DNA of 64,000 bases from the human T2T-CHM13v2.0 reference genome, Homo sapiens: NCBI RefSeq assembly GCF_009914755.1, contig NC_060935.1. One strand, written 5' to 3'. A model generated the notes under the pieces. The model did not search any database. It was given only the letters and a program-made list of their open reading frames with translations, and was not told the origin of the DNA. Of this stretch, positions 1 to 23,163 are shown one piece after another; position 1 is the stretch's first letter; each line of letters opens with the position of its first letter. A program made the position numbers and the translations under genes.

Positions 1-1858
1 CCCTGATTCGGTTCTCTCCTGAGGTCAGGGTCCTGTGCTCTGGGACTCTTCACTAGAACTTTATAGATGTTTCCAACAGTACCAAAGCCCTCACGTGTGG
101 CCGCCCATTCTCGCACCTTGGTTCACTCATTCTGGCCCAGAATAAGCACCTGCCTGTCTTCCCAGCCTGTGGGCCCCTTGGTCTTTCTCTCTCCTAGTCT
201 TTACTAACTGTTGCCTTAGCCCTTGGTTAAAGACTTAGGCAGAAAATACATTTTCTTCAGGCAATCTGACAGCTGGAGCCAATGGGAAATGGGTAGCATG
301 TCAGAGGAGCCTGATTCCTGGGCTGGGCAGGGCTGTGTGGTAGGGTGAGAGCAACGGCCACAACGAACAGCAGAAGGGGGACTCTTATTTTTAACAGCTG
401 TGCTTTGGGGCACAAGGCAGAAAATGTTTCTTTCTACCTTCTCCCAGGGGCAGGGACAAACAGCAGTGACTCTGTGGGTGACTGAAGATGAAGTAATTGC
501 TGGGTTCTGATTAGGAATAGAGGAAGATTGCCTTCTGCCCACGCGCCAGCCTCCGAGTGGCTGAAGGTGCTGGAGGCAGAGGATAAGAAGGGAGGTGGCC
601 CCTGTTGGCTCCGATAAGCAGGTGAGCTGCTGCTTTCTCCTTCATAGGGCTTCCCAGCCCACTGTGGGTGGTTAGCCTAAGTCTGGTTCAGAGATGCCAG
701 CTGGGCACTCTGGCAATGCTAGAGCACTAAGCAGAGAAGAGGCAGTGTTGGCTCTGGTTAGCCAGGGCATACAGGCTCTCCTCGTCCTGTCCTCCGCAGT
801 GGCCACAGGCACCCAGCTGTTCCACTCTCTCTGAAGGCCGCCAGGCAGTCTCTCCGCAAAACCTCCATAGAGACTATCTTCAGTTTCAGGTCCTCTCCTC
901 CGGGCTGGGTCCCAGGAAGACACCTTGGGCTGAGTTCAGGGTGACATTGGGCTCCGGCTGCAGGAAACGGGCCCTCCTTGCCAAGAGACCACCTTTCAGT
1001 CTCTGCTTCACAGGTTTGCCTTCAACTTTGCCAGCGAGTTCCCCTCTGACATGCACCACCTTGAAACACCTTCTTCAAGGGGCATGGAGAATGGGGCAGC
1101 TTGGGTCCCCAATCCTGAGCTCCTTCTCCAGCCTCCGGCCGTCACGCCTCCCTCCCTCTCCCCTAATTCCCAGTCAAGCCAAGGAAAGGCTGCACAGAAG
1201 GCCAGAGAATCACAAAGGGGAGTAGGGGTCATTTTTTCACCCATCTCGGATCACAGGGAGAAGCAAGTTGGGCAAATGACTGGAGAAAAAACAAAGGCAA
1301 GCCGAGTGCTGGGGAGAGATGTTCCCCTGAAGTGAGACGGGGCTGGACCGTAGGAGAAAGGGGAGAGGGAGGGCTGGCGGGGGCAACTGACAGCTGACAG
1401 CAGAGGCGCCGAGGCGGAGGCTGGAGGAACCAGGTGCGAATCTCGTGCTTCTCAGGGGGGAAAAGAAAAGGGGGGGGACACCTGCTCACAATGGATTTTC
1501 TCATCTGCTCTGAGGTTTTGGCACCCCCCAGGCTGGTATTCTCAGTATGGTATGGTCCAAATAATTAGCAGCACCGCCAGCTCCCAGGGCAGGCTTTGGG
1601 GGTCTGCACCAGCAGCAAAACAATAAACAGTGATGCCTGATGCTGCAGCCAAAGTTGCCGGGAAATAAGTGCGGGAATCGTCAGAGCTTGGAGAGGGATG
1701 GAGGAACCGAGAGAGAGGAGCGGAGGCAGCGGGGAGGGGGAAGGGAGGACAAAGGGTGGATGAATAATGCTTTTGCAAAGGGGAGAAAGCAACACGCAGC
1801 AGGAGGAGGAAATTTGCAAAGAGAAAAAAATTCATTTGGAGAAGGGCTGCCCCCTCAC

Positions 1859-2130
1859 CTTGAGGTCTGCTCCAGAGATCTCCGTCTATCTCTCTCTCTC
1901 TCTCTCAATCTCTCAATCTCTCTGCTCACTCTTCTCTCTTCTCTTTCCGCTCCTTCAATTGGGAAGGGGATGGGGGTGGGTGGGGGGAGGGTAGTTGGGG
2001 GCTCAAGACTGGGGCTGCAAAGCTGGCCAGCTGCTGGGGGGGCAGAGGTTGTCTCTCGTTCTGTACCTCGGTCTGTGGGTGAATGTGGCTGTGTGTTGTG
2101 GAACTGCATCATAACACTGTGAGTCATCCA
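1859..2130 (-). other. YPEL4: Probable non-coding first exon of YPEL4; coding exons lie left of the window
   Basis: Minus-strand donor CAAG|GTGAGG at 1859/1858 and a (GA)-rich leader. Identity and 5' end rest on recalled gene order, not on coding sequence. Confidence 0.5.
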
Positions 2131-2430
2131 TCCCCCCCACCCCCCCTCACCTCCCACGTCAGAGCAGGGCTGGGAGACACAGGAGGCGGGTCGGAAGGAA
2201 GGGAGGGGGTAGGCATCAAGGGACGGGGCTAGAGGAGTGGGGGCCGAGGGACAAGGCGGCGATGGTGGGCAAGGGGAGAGGCAGGTTGTTAAGGAGGAAG
2301 GCAGTGGGGCCAAGGAGATACGAAGAACCTGGGGGAAGGACAGGGCTGGGCAAGGATGCAGTGAGGGTGGCAGGGCTGGAGGAAAGGAGGTGGCAAGGCT
2401 GGTGAAGGAAGAGATGGATGCAGAGTGAGG
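1960..2430. promoter_or_regulatory. G/purine-rich putative YPEL4 promoter with AP-1 and CRE-like sites
   Basis: TGAGTCA 2120-2126, CACGTCA 2155-2161, many GGG runs 1961-2042, strong purine skew on + strand. Confidence 0.4.
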
Positions 2431-2799
2431 GAGCACACACACATTTAAGATGATACACTTTCCCATTTCAGCTTGGACACCAGCCCTGAAGCAGGGAAAA
2501 GACAGATGTACTAATTGTCATGGATGGCAAACTGTGCCCCCAAACTTGTACCAAGCCTCAAAGCCTTGGTTTAATACTCCTGAAGGAGTAATAGACCCAA
2601 TGTGACATTTTGCATGCAGGAACCCCTTAACAGCTACCTCCATATTATGCGTGCTTCATGAATGGAGACACCTACGTTATATGAAGTTCTCTATTGGGCT
2701 GTAAACTTCCTGAGACAGGCCTTCTGGGAAATTACTCTCTACATCCCAGGACTGCAATGTCCAGTGCAGACCCGTGCATTTAGATGTTTCCAAAATAGC

Positions 2800-3625
2800 A
2801 GTTGTTTCCGCGGCATTATGTTCTGCTGGCCTAGAGGTCTTAGTTCCAGAGGGAGGAATGCTGCCACCAAGAGACACAACAATGATTCCATTAAACTGGA
2901 AGTTAAGATTGCCACCTGGCCACTTTGGGCTCTTCTTACTTTTAAGCCAACTTGCTAAGAAGGGAGTTACAGTGTTTGACCCAGACTATCAAGATGAAAT
3001 CAGTCTACTACTCCACAATGGCGGTAAGGAAGTATGCGTGGAATACAGGAGATCACGTAGGGCGTCTCTTAATATTACCATGCCCTGTGATTAAGGTCAA
3101 TGGGAAACTGCAACAGCCCAATCCAGGCAGGATGACAAATGGCCCAGACCCTTCAGGAATGAAGGTTTGGGTCACTCCACCAGGTAAAAAAAACATAATC
3201 TGCTGAGGTGCTTGCTGAAGGCAAACGGAATTCAGAATGGGTAGTCAAAGAAGGTAGTCATCAATACGAACTATGACCATGTGACCAGTTGCAGAAAATG
3301 AGGACTGTAATTGTCATGAGTATTTCCTCCTCCTTTTGTTAGGAACATGTTTGTGCATATATACACTTGTATTAAGAAAATATCTTCATTTTATTTCCTT
3401 TCTTTTGCCTTTATCATGTGACATAAGACTTACTGACTTGATATCAGCACTTAAGTGTTGTTAACTCTATGTAATAGCATTTGGGTTGGGGATTGGTGCG
3501 TTTCCGGTTGTACAAAGGATAGCTGTATTATGTTAAGCGTAATTATGACCTTATTATTGTCTTTATTTGAAGATCATGTATGATTTCAGGAGACGTGTAT
3601 GGGTTCAAGTTGACAAGGGGTGGAC
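2800..3625 (+). mobile_element. HERV-L internal 3' fragment with decayed dUTPase
   Basis: ORF 2774-3094 (SAGLEVLVPEGGMLPP..IPLNWKLRLPPGHFG..DPDYQDEISLLLHN) frameshifts into 2952-3206 (GRLLILPCPVIKVNGKLQQPNPGR..MKVWVTPPGKK); PPT-like GACAAGGGGTGGAC precedes the LTR. Confidence 0.85.
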
Positions 3626-4072
3626 TGGTGATGGTTAATATTGTCAACTAGATTGGATTGAAAGATGCAAAGTATTGTTCCTGGGTGTGTCTGTGAGGGT
3701 ATTGCCAAAGGCGATTAACATTTGAGTCAATGGACTAGGAAAGGCAGACCCACCTCAATCTGGATGGGCACAATGTAATCAACTGTCAGCTAGGCCAGAA
3801 TAAAAGCAGACAGAAGAACGTGGAAAGACCAGACTGGTTTAGCCTCTGAGCCTACGTCTTTCTCCCATGCTGGACGCTTCCTGCCCTCGAATATTGAACT
3901 CCAAGGTCTTCAACTTTGGGATTCGGACTGGCTTCCTTGCCCCTCAGCTTGCAGGCAGCCTACTGTGGGACCTCATCTGGTGATCATCTGAGTCAATATT
4001 CCGTAATAACTCTGATTTATATATACATCTATCCTATTAGTTCTATCCCTCTAGAGAACTCTGATTAATAGA
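3626..4072 (+). mobile_element. MLT2A-type (HERV-L) 3' LTR
   Basis: Starts TGGTGATGGTTAATATTGTCAAC..GATTGGATTGAAAGATGCAAAGTATTG and ends CTATTAGTTCTATCCCTCTAGAGAACTCTGATTAATA, matching recalled MLT2A termini. Confidence 0.85.
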
Positions 4073-4354
4073 GCAGTTGAGTTGCATCTTCAGACATGAA
4101 CCAAGTGTCTGGCTTTGGTCTCAAAGAGACTGAATTAGACTCTTAGCTCTGCCAATTACTTGGCAGGAACCACTAGGCAAATTACTGATAATCTTTGTGC
4201 CTTAGTCTTACTCTTCTGCTAAATGAAGCTAATAATATTTATTATTATTAGCTCATGGAGATGCAGAATAAAGTGAGATAACATTTAAATGCCTGAAAAA
4301 TGCCTGGCACATGATAGGCAGTAAACAGTAGTGTCATTTCAAAACAACATTCTC

Positions 4355-5105
<751 letters not shown>

Positions 5106-5594
5106 TTACATCTTTTGTTGCTATTTTTCTAGCAGCTTCCAGTTAAATTTCATTTGACTCAGAATTCATTTCTCATGGGGTGCTGTCCTGTGCATGTTAC
5201 TAAAGTATGTGAACACAGAACATATCCCCTAAGACAAAAACCCTGATTTCTAACAGAGTCTAGCATTTAGCAAATGAAGTACGACAAAGATAGGGACTTC
5301 TAGAAAGCAGTGCTTGGGGGTGGTTTGTTTTTCTTCTCACACGTAAAGAGGGAAAAAAAAGTTAAGGCAGAGAAATGTGGGTAATGGGAGACATTGCTAG
5401 TTGAGCATGAAAATAAAAAGGGATTCTAAATATTTAATCAGGGAAGATTCTGGGGTTTAAAGTAAATTCTGAAAAGACAACGTGGGTGTCTTGAGGGATA
5501 GTACTAGAGATTTGGAATTGAGAGAAAAAGCTAGGTAAAGAAAGAAGAGAGAAGTGCTTTTGTTTGGGCAGCAGAAGAGAGGGGAAATAAAAGT

Positions 5595-5829
5595 AGAACA
5601 CATGGACACAGGAAGGGGAACATCACGCACTGGGGCCTGTTGAGGGGTGGGGGGAGGGGAGAGGGATAGCATTAGGAGATATACCTAATGCTAAATGACG
5701 AGTTAATGGGTGCAGTACACCAATATGGCACATGTATACATATGTAACAAACCTGCACGTTGTGCACCACATGTACCCTAAAACTTAAAGTATAATAATA
5801 ATAAAATTAAAAAAAAAAAGAAAAAAAAA
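5595..5829 (+). mobile_element. L1PA 3' end, 5'-truncated
   Basis: GGGATAGCATTAGGAGATATACCTAATG..ACATGTACCCTAAAACTTAAAGTATAATAATAATAAA plus poly(A). Confidence 0.92.
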
Positions 5830-5914
5830 GATTTTGAAAAGCAATTGTTGAGGAGAACAATGAGAAGTGGGAAAAGGCAAATGATTAGTTTTCAAGGCAT
5901 GGATCGAAAGTTCT

Positions 5915-9100
<3,186 letters not shown>

Positions 9101-9539
9101 ACGATCTCAGAGAGATGAAGCCTGTGATTTGCTCAAAGTCACACAGTAATGTAAGCAGTATAGCAAATAATATAAGATTCCAAAGCCCAAGGTAGTAAAA
9201 AGAGGATTATAGACGTGGTGGAACCTGTTGGCTGCGGGGCAAATGACTGACCTGTAACTGTCAGGGATTTATGGAGGGAAATGAGTGCCTAACAAAAATC
9301 CTCGTTTAGTGGGAGAGAGGTTGTTGGGTAATGACTGACTTGTAGCTGGAAGAAATCATCGGATTTTTATTCTTTTATTAAAGAAAAAAAATTTGAAATG
9401 CCTTCCATGTGCCAAGCACTGTGTCAGGTGGGAGATGACAGCTTGGTGAAACCTCTGTCAGGCTGTCTTCCTCCGCTTTCTCTATCCCTGGGTTTCCCCC
9501 TGCCTAAAAAGGATTTTGTGCTTCGTGGCTTGTCCAGGC

Positions 9540-10040
9540 AAGCAGGCCGTCGCGGGACCTAGACCGAGACAGTGAGTCTCTCTTTCTCCCGGGCCTCCCT
9601 TCTGTTTCCTGGGCTGCAGGGGAGCAGGAAATCTGGGGCGAGATTCCCGCCGCGGACGCGCACTGCCGAAGCCTGGTCCCTCGACCTGTCCCTGCCCAGC
9701 GCGGGGGCGCAACCGCCACGCCTCCTCACCCCTCCCTCCGGCTGCACGAATAATGACAACAGCCGCCCCTCCCACCTTTGGCGTCACGTTCAAAACAATC
9801 CTTTGACTACAACTCCCAGAAGGCCGAGCGGCTTAGCGAGTGCACCCGCTCTCGGCTGCTCCGGCAAACTACACATCCCAAAGGGCAGCGCGCGACCGCG
9901 TGTCCTTTCACAGCGCAAGTGCGGAACTGCGTTTGTTTCCGGCGTGGGTCCGGGCAAGAACCGCTTGTAGTTTGGTTTAAATTCTGCACGGGAGGACCTT
10001 CTGAGTTTACCTGTTGGGCTCCTGGCTGCGCAGGTGAGTT
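9540..10040 (+). promoter_or_regulatory. CLP1: CLP1 CpG-island promoter with two ZNF143/SBS motifs
   Basis: CpG-dense; ACTACAACTCCCAGAAGGC 9806-9824 and ACTACACATCCCAAAGGGC from 9868; ETS-like TTCCGG ~9937. Confidence 0.8.
9940..10033 (+). other. CLP1: CLP1 exon 1 (5' UTR); start approximate
   Basis: Consensus donor CAG|GTGAGT at 10033/10034 at the edge of the CpG island. Confidence 0.8.
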
Positions 10041-10073
10041 AAAAAAAGGGCAGGAACACAACTGTCACCTCCT

Positions 10074-10148
10074 TGGGGTCTGGGGACATTTTGGTGTCTG
10101 GGGAGATTTTGGTGTCTTGGGGAGATTTTGGTGTCTGGGAAGGTTGGG
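10074..10148 (+). repeat. G-rich 18-19 bp tandem repeat x3 (TGGGGAGATTTTGGTGTC)
   Basis: Three near-identical units at 10081-10136 plus flanking GGG runs. Confidence 0.85.
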
Positions 10149-10774
10149 ACAAATGCTGGAGCTAGAGCTGCAGTCCAGGATCAGAAATAATTCATATCGT
10201 TTCCTTGCCGTTTTCTAGTTTACGAAGTGCTTTTTTTTCCTCCCACAATTCCTGTAAACCCCAAGAACAACACTGTATTTGAGGAAGTGTAAGTGCTTCC
10301 AGTCGACAGCTTCAAAGGTTCAGAGAAGTTAAGTGATTGTCTAAAGACACTACTAGTAGTTACAGAGACGAGGATTAGGCTGTTTTCTGAGTTCAGACCT
10401 GGTGTGCTCTGCTTTGCATCCGTATTTCAGACGCCCTTTCCTGTTGACTAGGATGATTGGGGTCAGGGCATCTGTTACCTTCTCAAGTTTGGAGTTTACC
10501 AATAGAGTGATGGAGGGTGATATAATTAAATCTTCTGTCAGTCTGTAGGTATGGTTTTTCTCTGATGTCTGAGACATTAATTCACTCAATGTATTGAGGT
10601 GCCTACAGTCTGTCAAGCTGTATTCTAAGCAGTATATAGTATCAAACAAAAATGCCTAAGTCTTACATTTTGGGGTGGAGGAGGCGGGGAAGACACAATA
10701 TATAGTGAGACCGATGGTGATAAGAAATATGGAGAGAATTAAAGCAAGGTAAGGGGAAACATTCATTGTATGTT

Positions 10775-11577
<803 letters not shown>

Positions 11578-11598
11578 TAACAGAAGACTGACTTATAA

Positions 11599-12327
<729 letters not shown>

Positions 12328-12546
12328 TAACACTGCATTTTCTCAGCTGGTATTTCTGCTGCATTACTTTAGAAAGGCAATTCCAAATATGTCAGTCTCA
12401 GATTGTTAAACATTTCTGTGGATCTATTCTTAGTAATTTGTTAGATTTTCACTTAGGGCATAAAACAGGAGGCAGAAGCAGCAACATAAAAATTAAATCC
12501 ATGTTATGGTATCAAAACTACAGCCATTAAAAATGTCATTTTTTCA

Positions 12547-12861
<315 letters not shown>

Positions 12862-12922
12862 TTATTCTAAAGAGGAACAAAGTAGCCATGGGTTTGTCTG
12901 GGTGTTTTTGTTCTTACCTTGA

Positions 12923-13609
<687 letters not shown>

Positions 13610-13983
13610 AGATCAGCAGGAAGCCTTGCTGCCTGGGACATAGAGATCATCTGGCCACCCCTAGAGGCAGATGGGCTGAGATAAAAGACTGTTGGGGCCA
13701 CCTGACCAGTAAACTGTGGACTAGTAGAAAGTTCATATTCTACCTCTAAAAACAGGTAGTGGTAACCTGACTCTTCTAATCTTGAACCAAAAGGAAAACC
13801 ATGAGACTGTAATTGGTTTCTTAGACCACCTAAGATGCCACTTTGAATTCTCTAAGACCCTGGAGAATTGCATTTCTTTCACTGTGCTACTATGTGGTTT
13901 TTAAAAAATCAATGCTTTATATTCCATATGTGGTTCTTACCCATTTATCTAGGATGAAAGTGTGAATTAGAGGGACTCCTTCC

Positions 13984-14020
13984 AATAAAGTTCAAACTTA
14001 AAAAAAATCATTTTAATAAA
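13984..14020 (+). terminator. CLP1: CLP1 tandem polyadenylation signals
   Basis: AATAAA at 13984-13989 and 14015-14020, with U-rich sequence downstream. Confidence 0.8.
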
Positions 14021-14078
14021 TATTTTTGCCATATCATAGAAGTTGGTATAATTTATTTTTTTCCCCTAAGCGTTATAG

Positions 14079-18663
<4,585 letters not shown>

Positions 18664-19179
18664 AGGTCTGTTTTAAAAATATAAAGTCGTTATAAAGAAC
18701 TCTCAAGTGTGTTGCAATAAATGCTGGATTGACGCTGTTAACAAGAATAAACTAGAACTTATAATATATGCCATGTCAGAGAAGGAACTAGATTCCAGAA
18801 AACAGAAGGTAGTTCTCTTTTACCTTACTGCCTAATGCTAGTGTCAGAACCACAGTAAAGCCAGCAACATTTGAGACCAAACCCGAGGACAGTCCTCAGG
18901 ATTTTACAGGTGAGGGGCCTCGGCTTCAGGGAAGTGGCTTGTGAAACACCTTTTTGAGGGACCATTATGTAATAGCTAGAGTTGCTTTCGAAAAAAGAAA
19001 TAGCCTCGAGCCGAATGGGGAGAGAACATGGGGCATTGCTATTGGGTTCACAGCTGTCTTGGGCTAATCAGGGCAAAGCGTAGCACTATGACCTATGCAG
19101 AGTTAGCTCGCCAGGGACAGTAGCTATTCTAGAGAACCTTTTGCTTTTAGCTTTGTATTCTAGGATTGGGTGAGGTGAG

Positions 19180-20950
19180 GGATGCGGGCGCCCATCCCAC
19201 GTGTGACAGTGGGAAACTAATGGAATTCAGGGAGTTCACTTCCCGGCTCGCACTCCGGGGGCGGGAGGGTGCTGCCACCGCCTCAGGTCGCGCGCTCCTT
19301 AGGCTTCCCTCTCACGGTTAGCGCTACGGCTCCAAGGCTGGCGCCTGCTCTTCTTCATCTCCCTCCCCGGCCCTTGGCAGGAGCCTCGCCCTACATTGGC
19401 TCTTCAAGTCCGGGCGTCCCCTTCATGTGGGAGACACAGCCCAGACCATTCCATCGCCCTGGATTCTGCCCGGACCAGCGACCTCGCCGGACTGAAGATT
19501 TCTCCAGCAAGATTGTTTTAAATAAAGTTTTTGCCATCAAAAAAAAAAAAAAAAAAAAAAAGGAGATGGGAAGGAGAAGAGGGAGGCCTAGTCGCCAAAT
19601 GGTTGGCCAATCCGCCGCGAAGGGGCTGAAGCAGGAAGCGGCGATAGTCGTCGGTAATTGGCTGCGCTGGAAGCCTGTCTGGACTGTACCACCTCAGTAG
19701 GAGAGGGGTTGCTGAATTCGAGAAGGTAGCTGCTTGCTTTTGAGTACTTCTAGTACACACACATAATTCTTTTCTTATTTCCGGGGGTTTTTGCTTGGAT
19801 TCAGTGGGAATACAACAGGACGCAGGAGAAGGGAAGACTCGCCTGGCCATTTCCTCATTCCTGACTCCTGTGCATTAGGCCAATCCTTGTCTCTTAGTTG
19901 TCCCCGCAACCCCACGGCCTTACGTGCGCGCTCTCGTCTTCTCGCGTGCGTACGGCGTTGTGTTGCTGCAGCCAATCAGGCCGCGAGGTCGCCGCGGTCG
20001 CCAGGGTTCGCGCGCACGCCCCAGATCGGAGTCGGGGTGGGGGCTATGGGTGAATGGGAGAGTGAGCGGGGTTGGGCGCGGCAGCGCGAGCCGCATGAAT
20101 GAGACAAACGTGCGCCGCGCGAGACGTCGCGCGAGCCCGGACTAGGGAGCCAATGGGAACGCTGGAAGGGTTCGAGACCCGGCACTGAGGGCAACGGCCG
20201 CGCGCCGGCTCCGAGACGAGCGACGCCTGGCGGGAGCGCGCGGCAGCGGGGCGGGCGTGGAGCGTGCGGGGGCCGCGCGCTGCTTCTCTGAGGCAGGACG
20301 GCACTGCCGGGAGGCGGCGGTGACAACGACGGCGGTGGTGACGGGCACCGGGCTCGCGGGTGAGTGCGGAGGACACCGGTCCCTGCGGAACCGGAAGTGC
20401 CGTACCAGCGAGGTGGGAGGGGAGGGTGACCTCTAGGGAAGGGGGACCGAAGACGGGGAGGGTATTAAGGCCCTATTTCTCCTCCGGGCCGGGTCTTCCA
20501 ACCGCGGCGGGACCCATGGGCCTTGGAAACGGACGACGAGTAGAGGCCGGGGATCCACGACCGCCAGGGCTCGGAACGGGTTAGAGACGGCCACTCAGCT
20601 CGAGACCGCGGTCCCCGGTGCCTGGCGCCCAGCCGCCGCCCCTTCCGCCCCCGGCCCTGCGCCCTCGGGCTCTGCGGTCCCCGCAGCCCGCTCTCTCAAC
20701 CTCGGTGGGCCTGGCCGCCGTGGATTCCTTCTTTTCGGTTTCAGCGGTCGTCAGCCCTGCCCCAACGGGTGATTCTCCTTTCCCCAGTCCCGTGGTGGGG
20801 ACCGGGTGCTGTTTCCCTTTTACCGCTCTGCGGTTCGAGTCCCTCGCTCCACTCTGCTGATACTTATTTTGGCTCAAGCTTCATCCTGTTACCTGTTCTC
20901 TCTCACCCGTCCGCTTCCTCCTCCTACCGCCACCAGCCGAGTGCTCCATG
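19180..20950 (+). promoter_or_regulatory. ZDHHC5: ZDHHC5 CpG-island promoter with multiple CCAAT boxes and an ETS site
   Basis: Very CpG-dense; CCAAT/ATTGG at 19395, 19607, 19657, 19880, 19972, 20150; GC box GGGGCGGG ~20248; ACCGGAAGTG 20390-20399. Confidence 0.88.
20180..20359 (+). other. ZDHHC5: ZDHHC5 exon 1 (non-coding); start approximate
   Basis: Donor CGG|GTGAGT at 20359/20360 inside the CpG island. Confidence 0.8.
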
Positions 20951-21628
20951 CGTTTAGTACTTTGTACTTTTTAAAGTGGAGCCCGAATGCGTTTGTCAAT
21001 ATTTTACCTATATTTGGGGCAGGCAGGTGGAAAGTGTTTTACCCACTTGGCCAAATGAAACACTGAAATAAGAAGTAAGAAAGTTGCTAAAAGTTAGGAA
21101 GGCAGTTGTAGGATCACATATACGTTATACGCTAGACTATTTTTTGCCTTGGATTCTTCACTTCCTGGTTAATGCCATCTTGACCAAGTTGATCTAACAT
21201 TTGCATATCATCCTTCTATCTCAGTATACTTCTGTCCTGGATCAAATATCTTCAGAATGCTCATTATCACCCATTGTATAAACTTAATGTTTACAAAATT
21301 ATATTGCCATGTATTTTGCTACCTCGGTATATAATGATAACACCCACATTAAACTTCTTGGCTCTTTCTCCCATACCTTGACATGTGAATTATTCCATGG
21401 TACCTCCATTACTGTGCATTTAGATTTACTCTATTGTACTGTTACACCGCTTATTTCAACAAAAAATAGTTGTGTTGTCCTTGGTACTGCTGGTATCCAC
21501 CTATTTAAGGAAATACCTGTATTAAACCTTATTAAAGCCTTCAAACCACATATCCTGTATTGTTTGTTTTACATATACATATTTCCATTTCATAGTTTAC
21601 TCTGTGCCTCAATATGGCATACATATTA

Positions 21629-23163
<1,535 letters not shown>

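Noticed and set aside
1640-2466. 160-aa (+) and 203-aa (-) ORFs
   Set aside because: Low-complexity GA/G-rich DNA that lacks stops; no resemblance to the Yippee domain or any family I recognise
2774-3206. Possible functional dUTPase gene
   Set aside because: Frameshifted, motif-degraded HERV-L remnant with no 5' LTR or proper start
19269-21066. Cluster of overlapping Arg/Pro/Ala-rich ORFs
   Set aside because: Expected in a GC-rich CpG island depleted of stop codons
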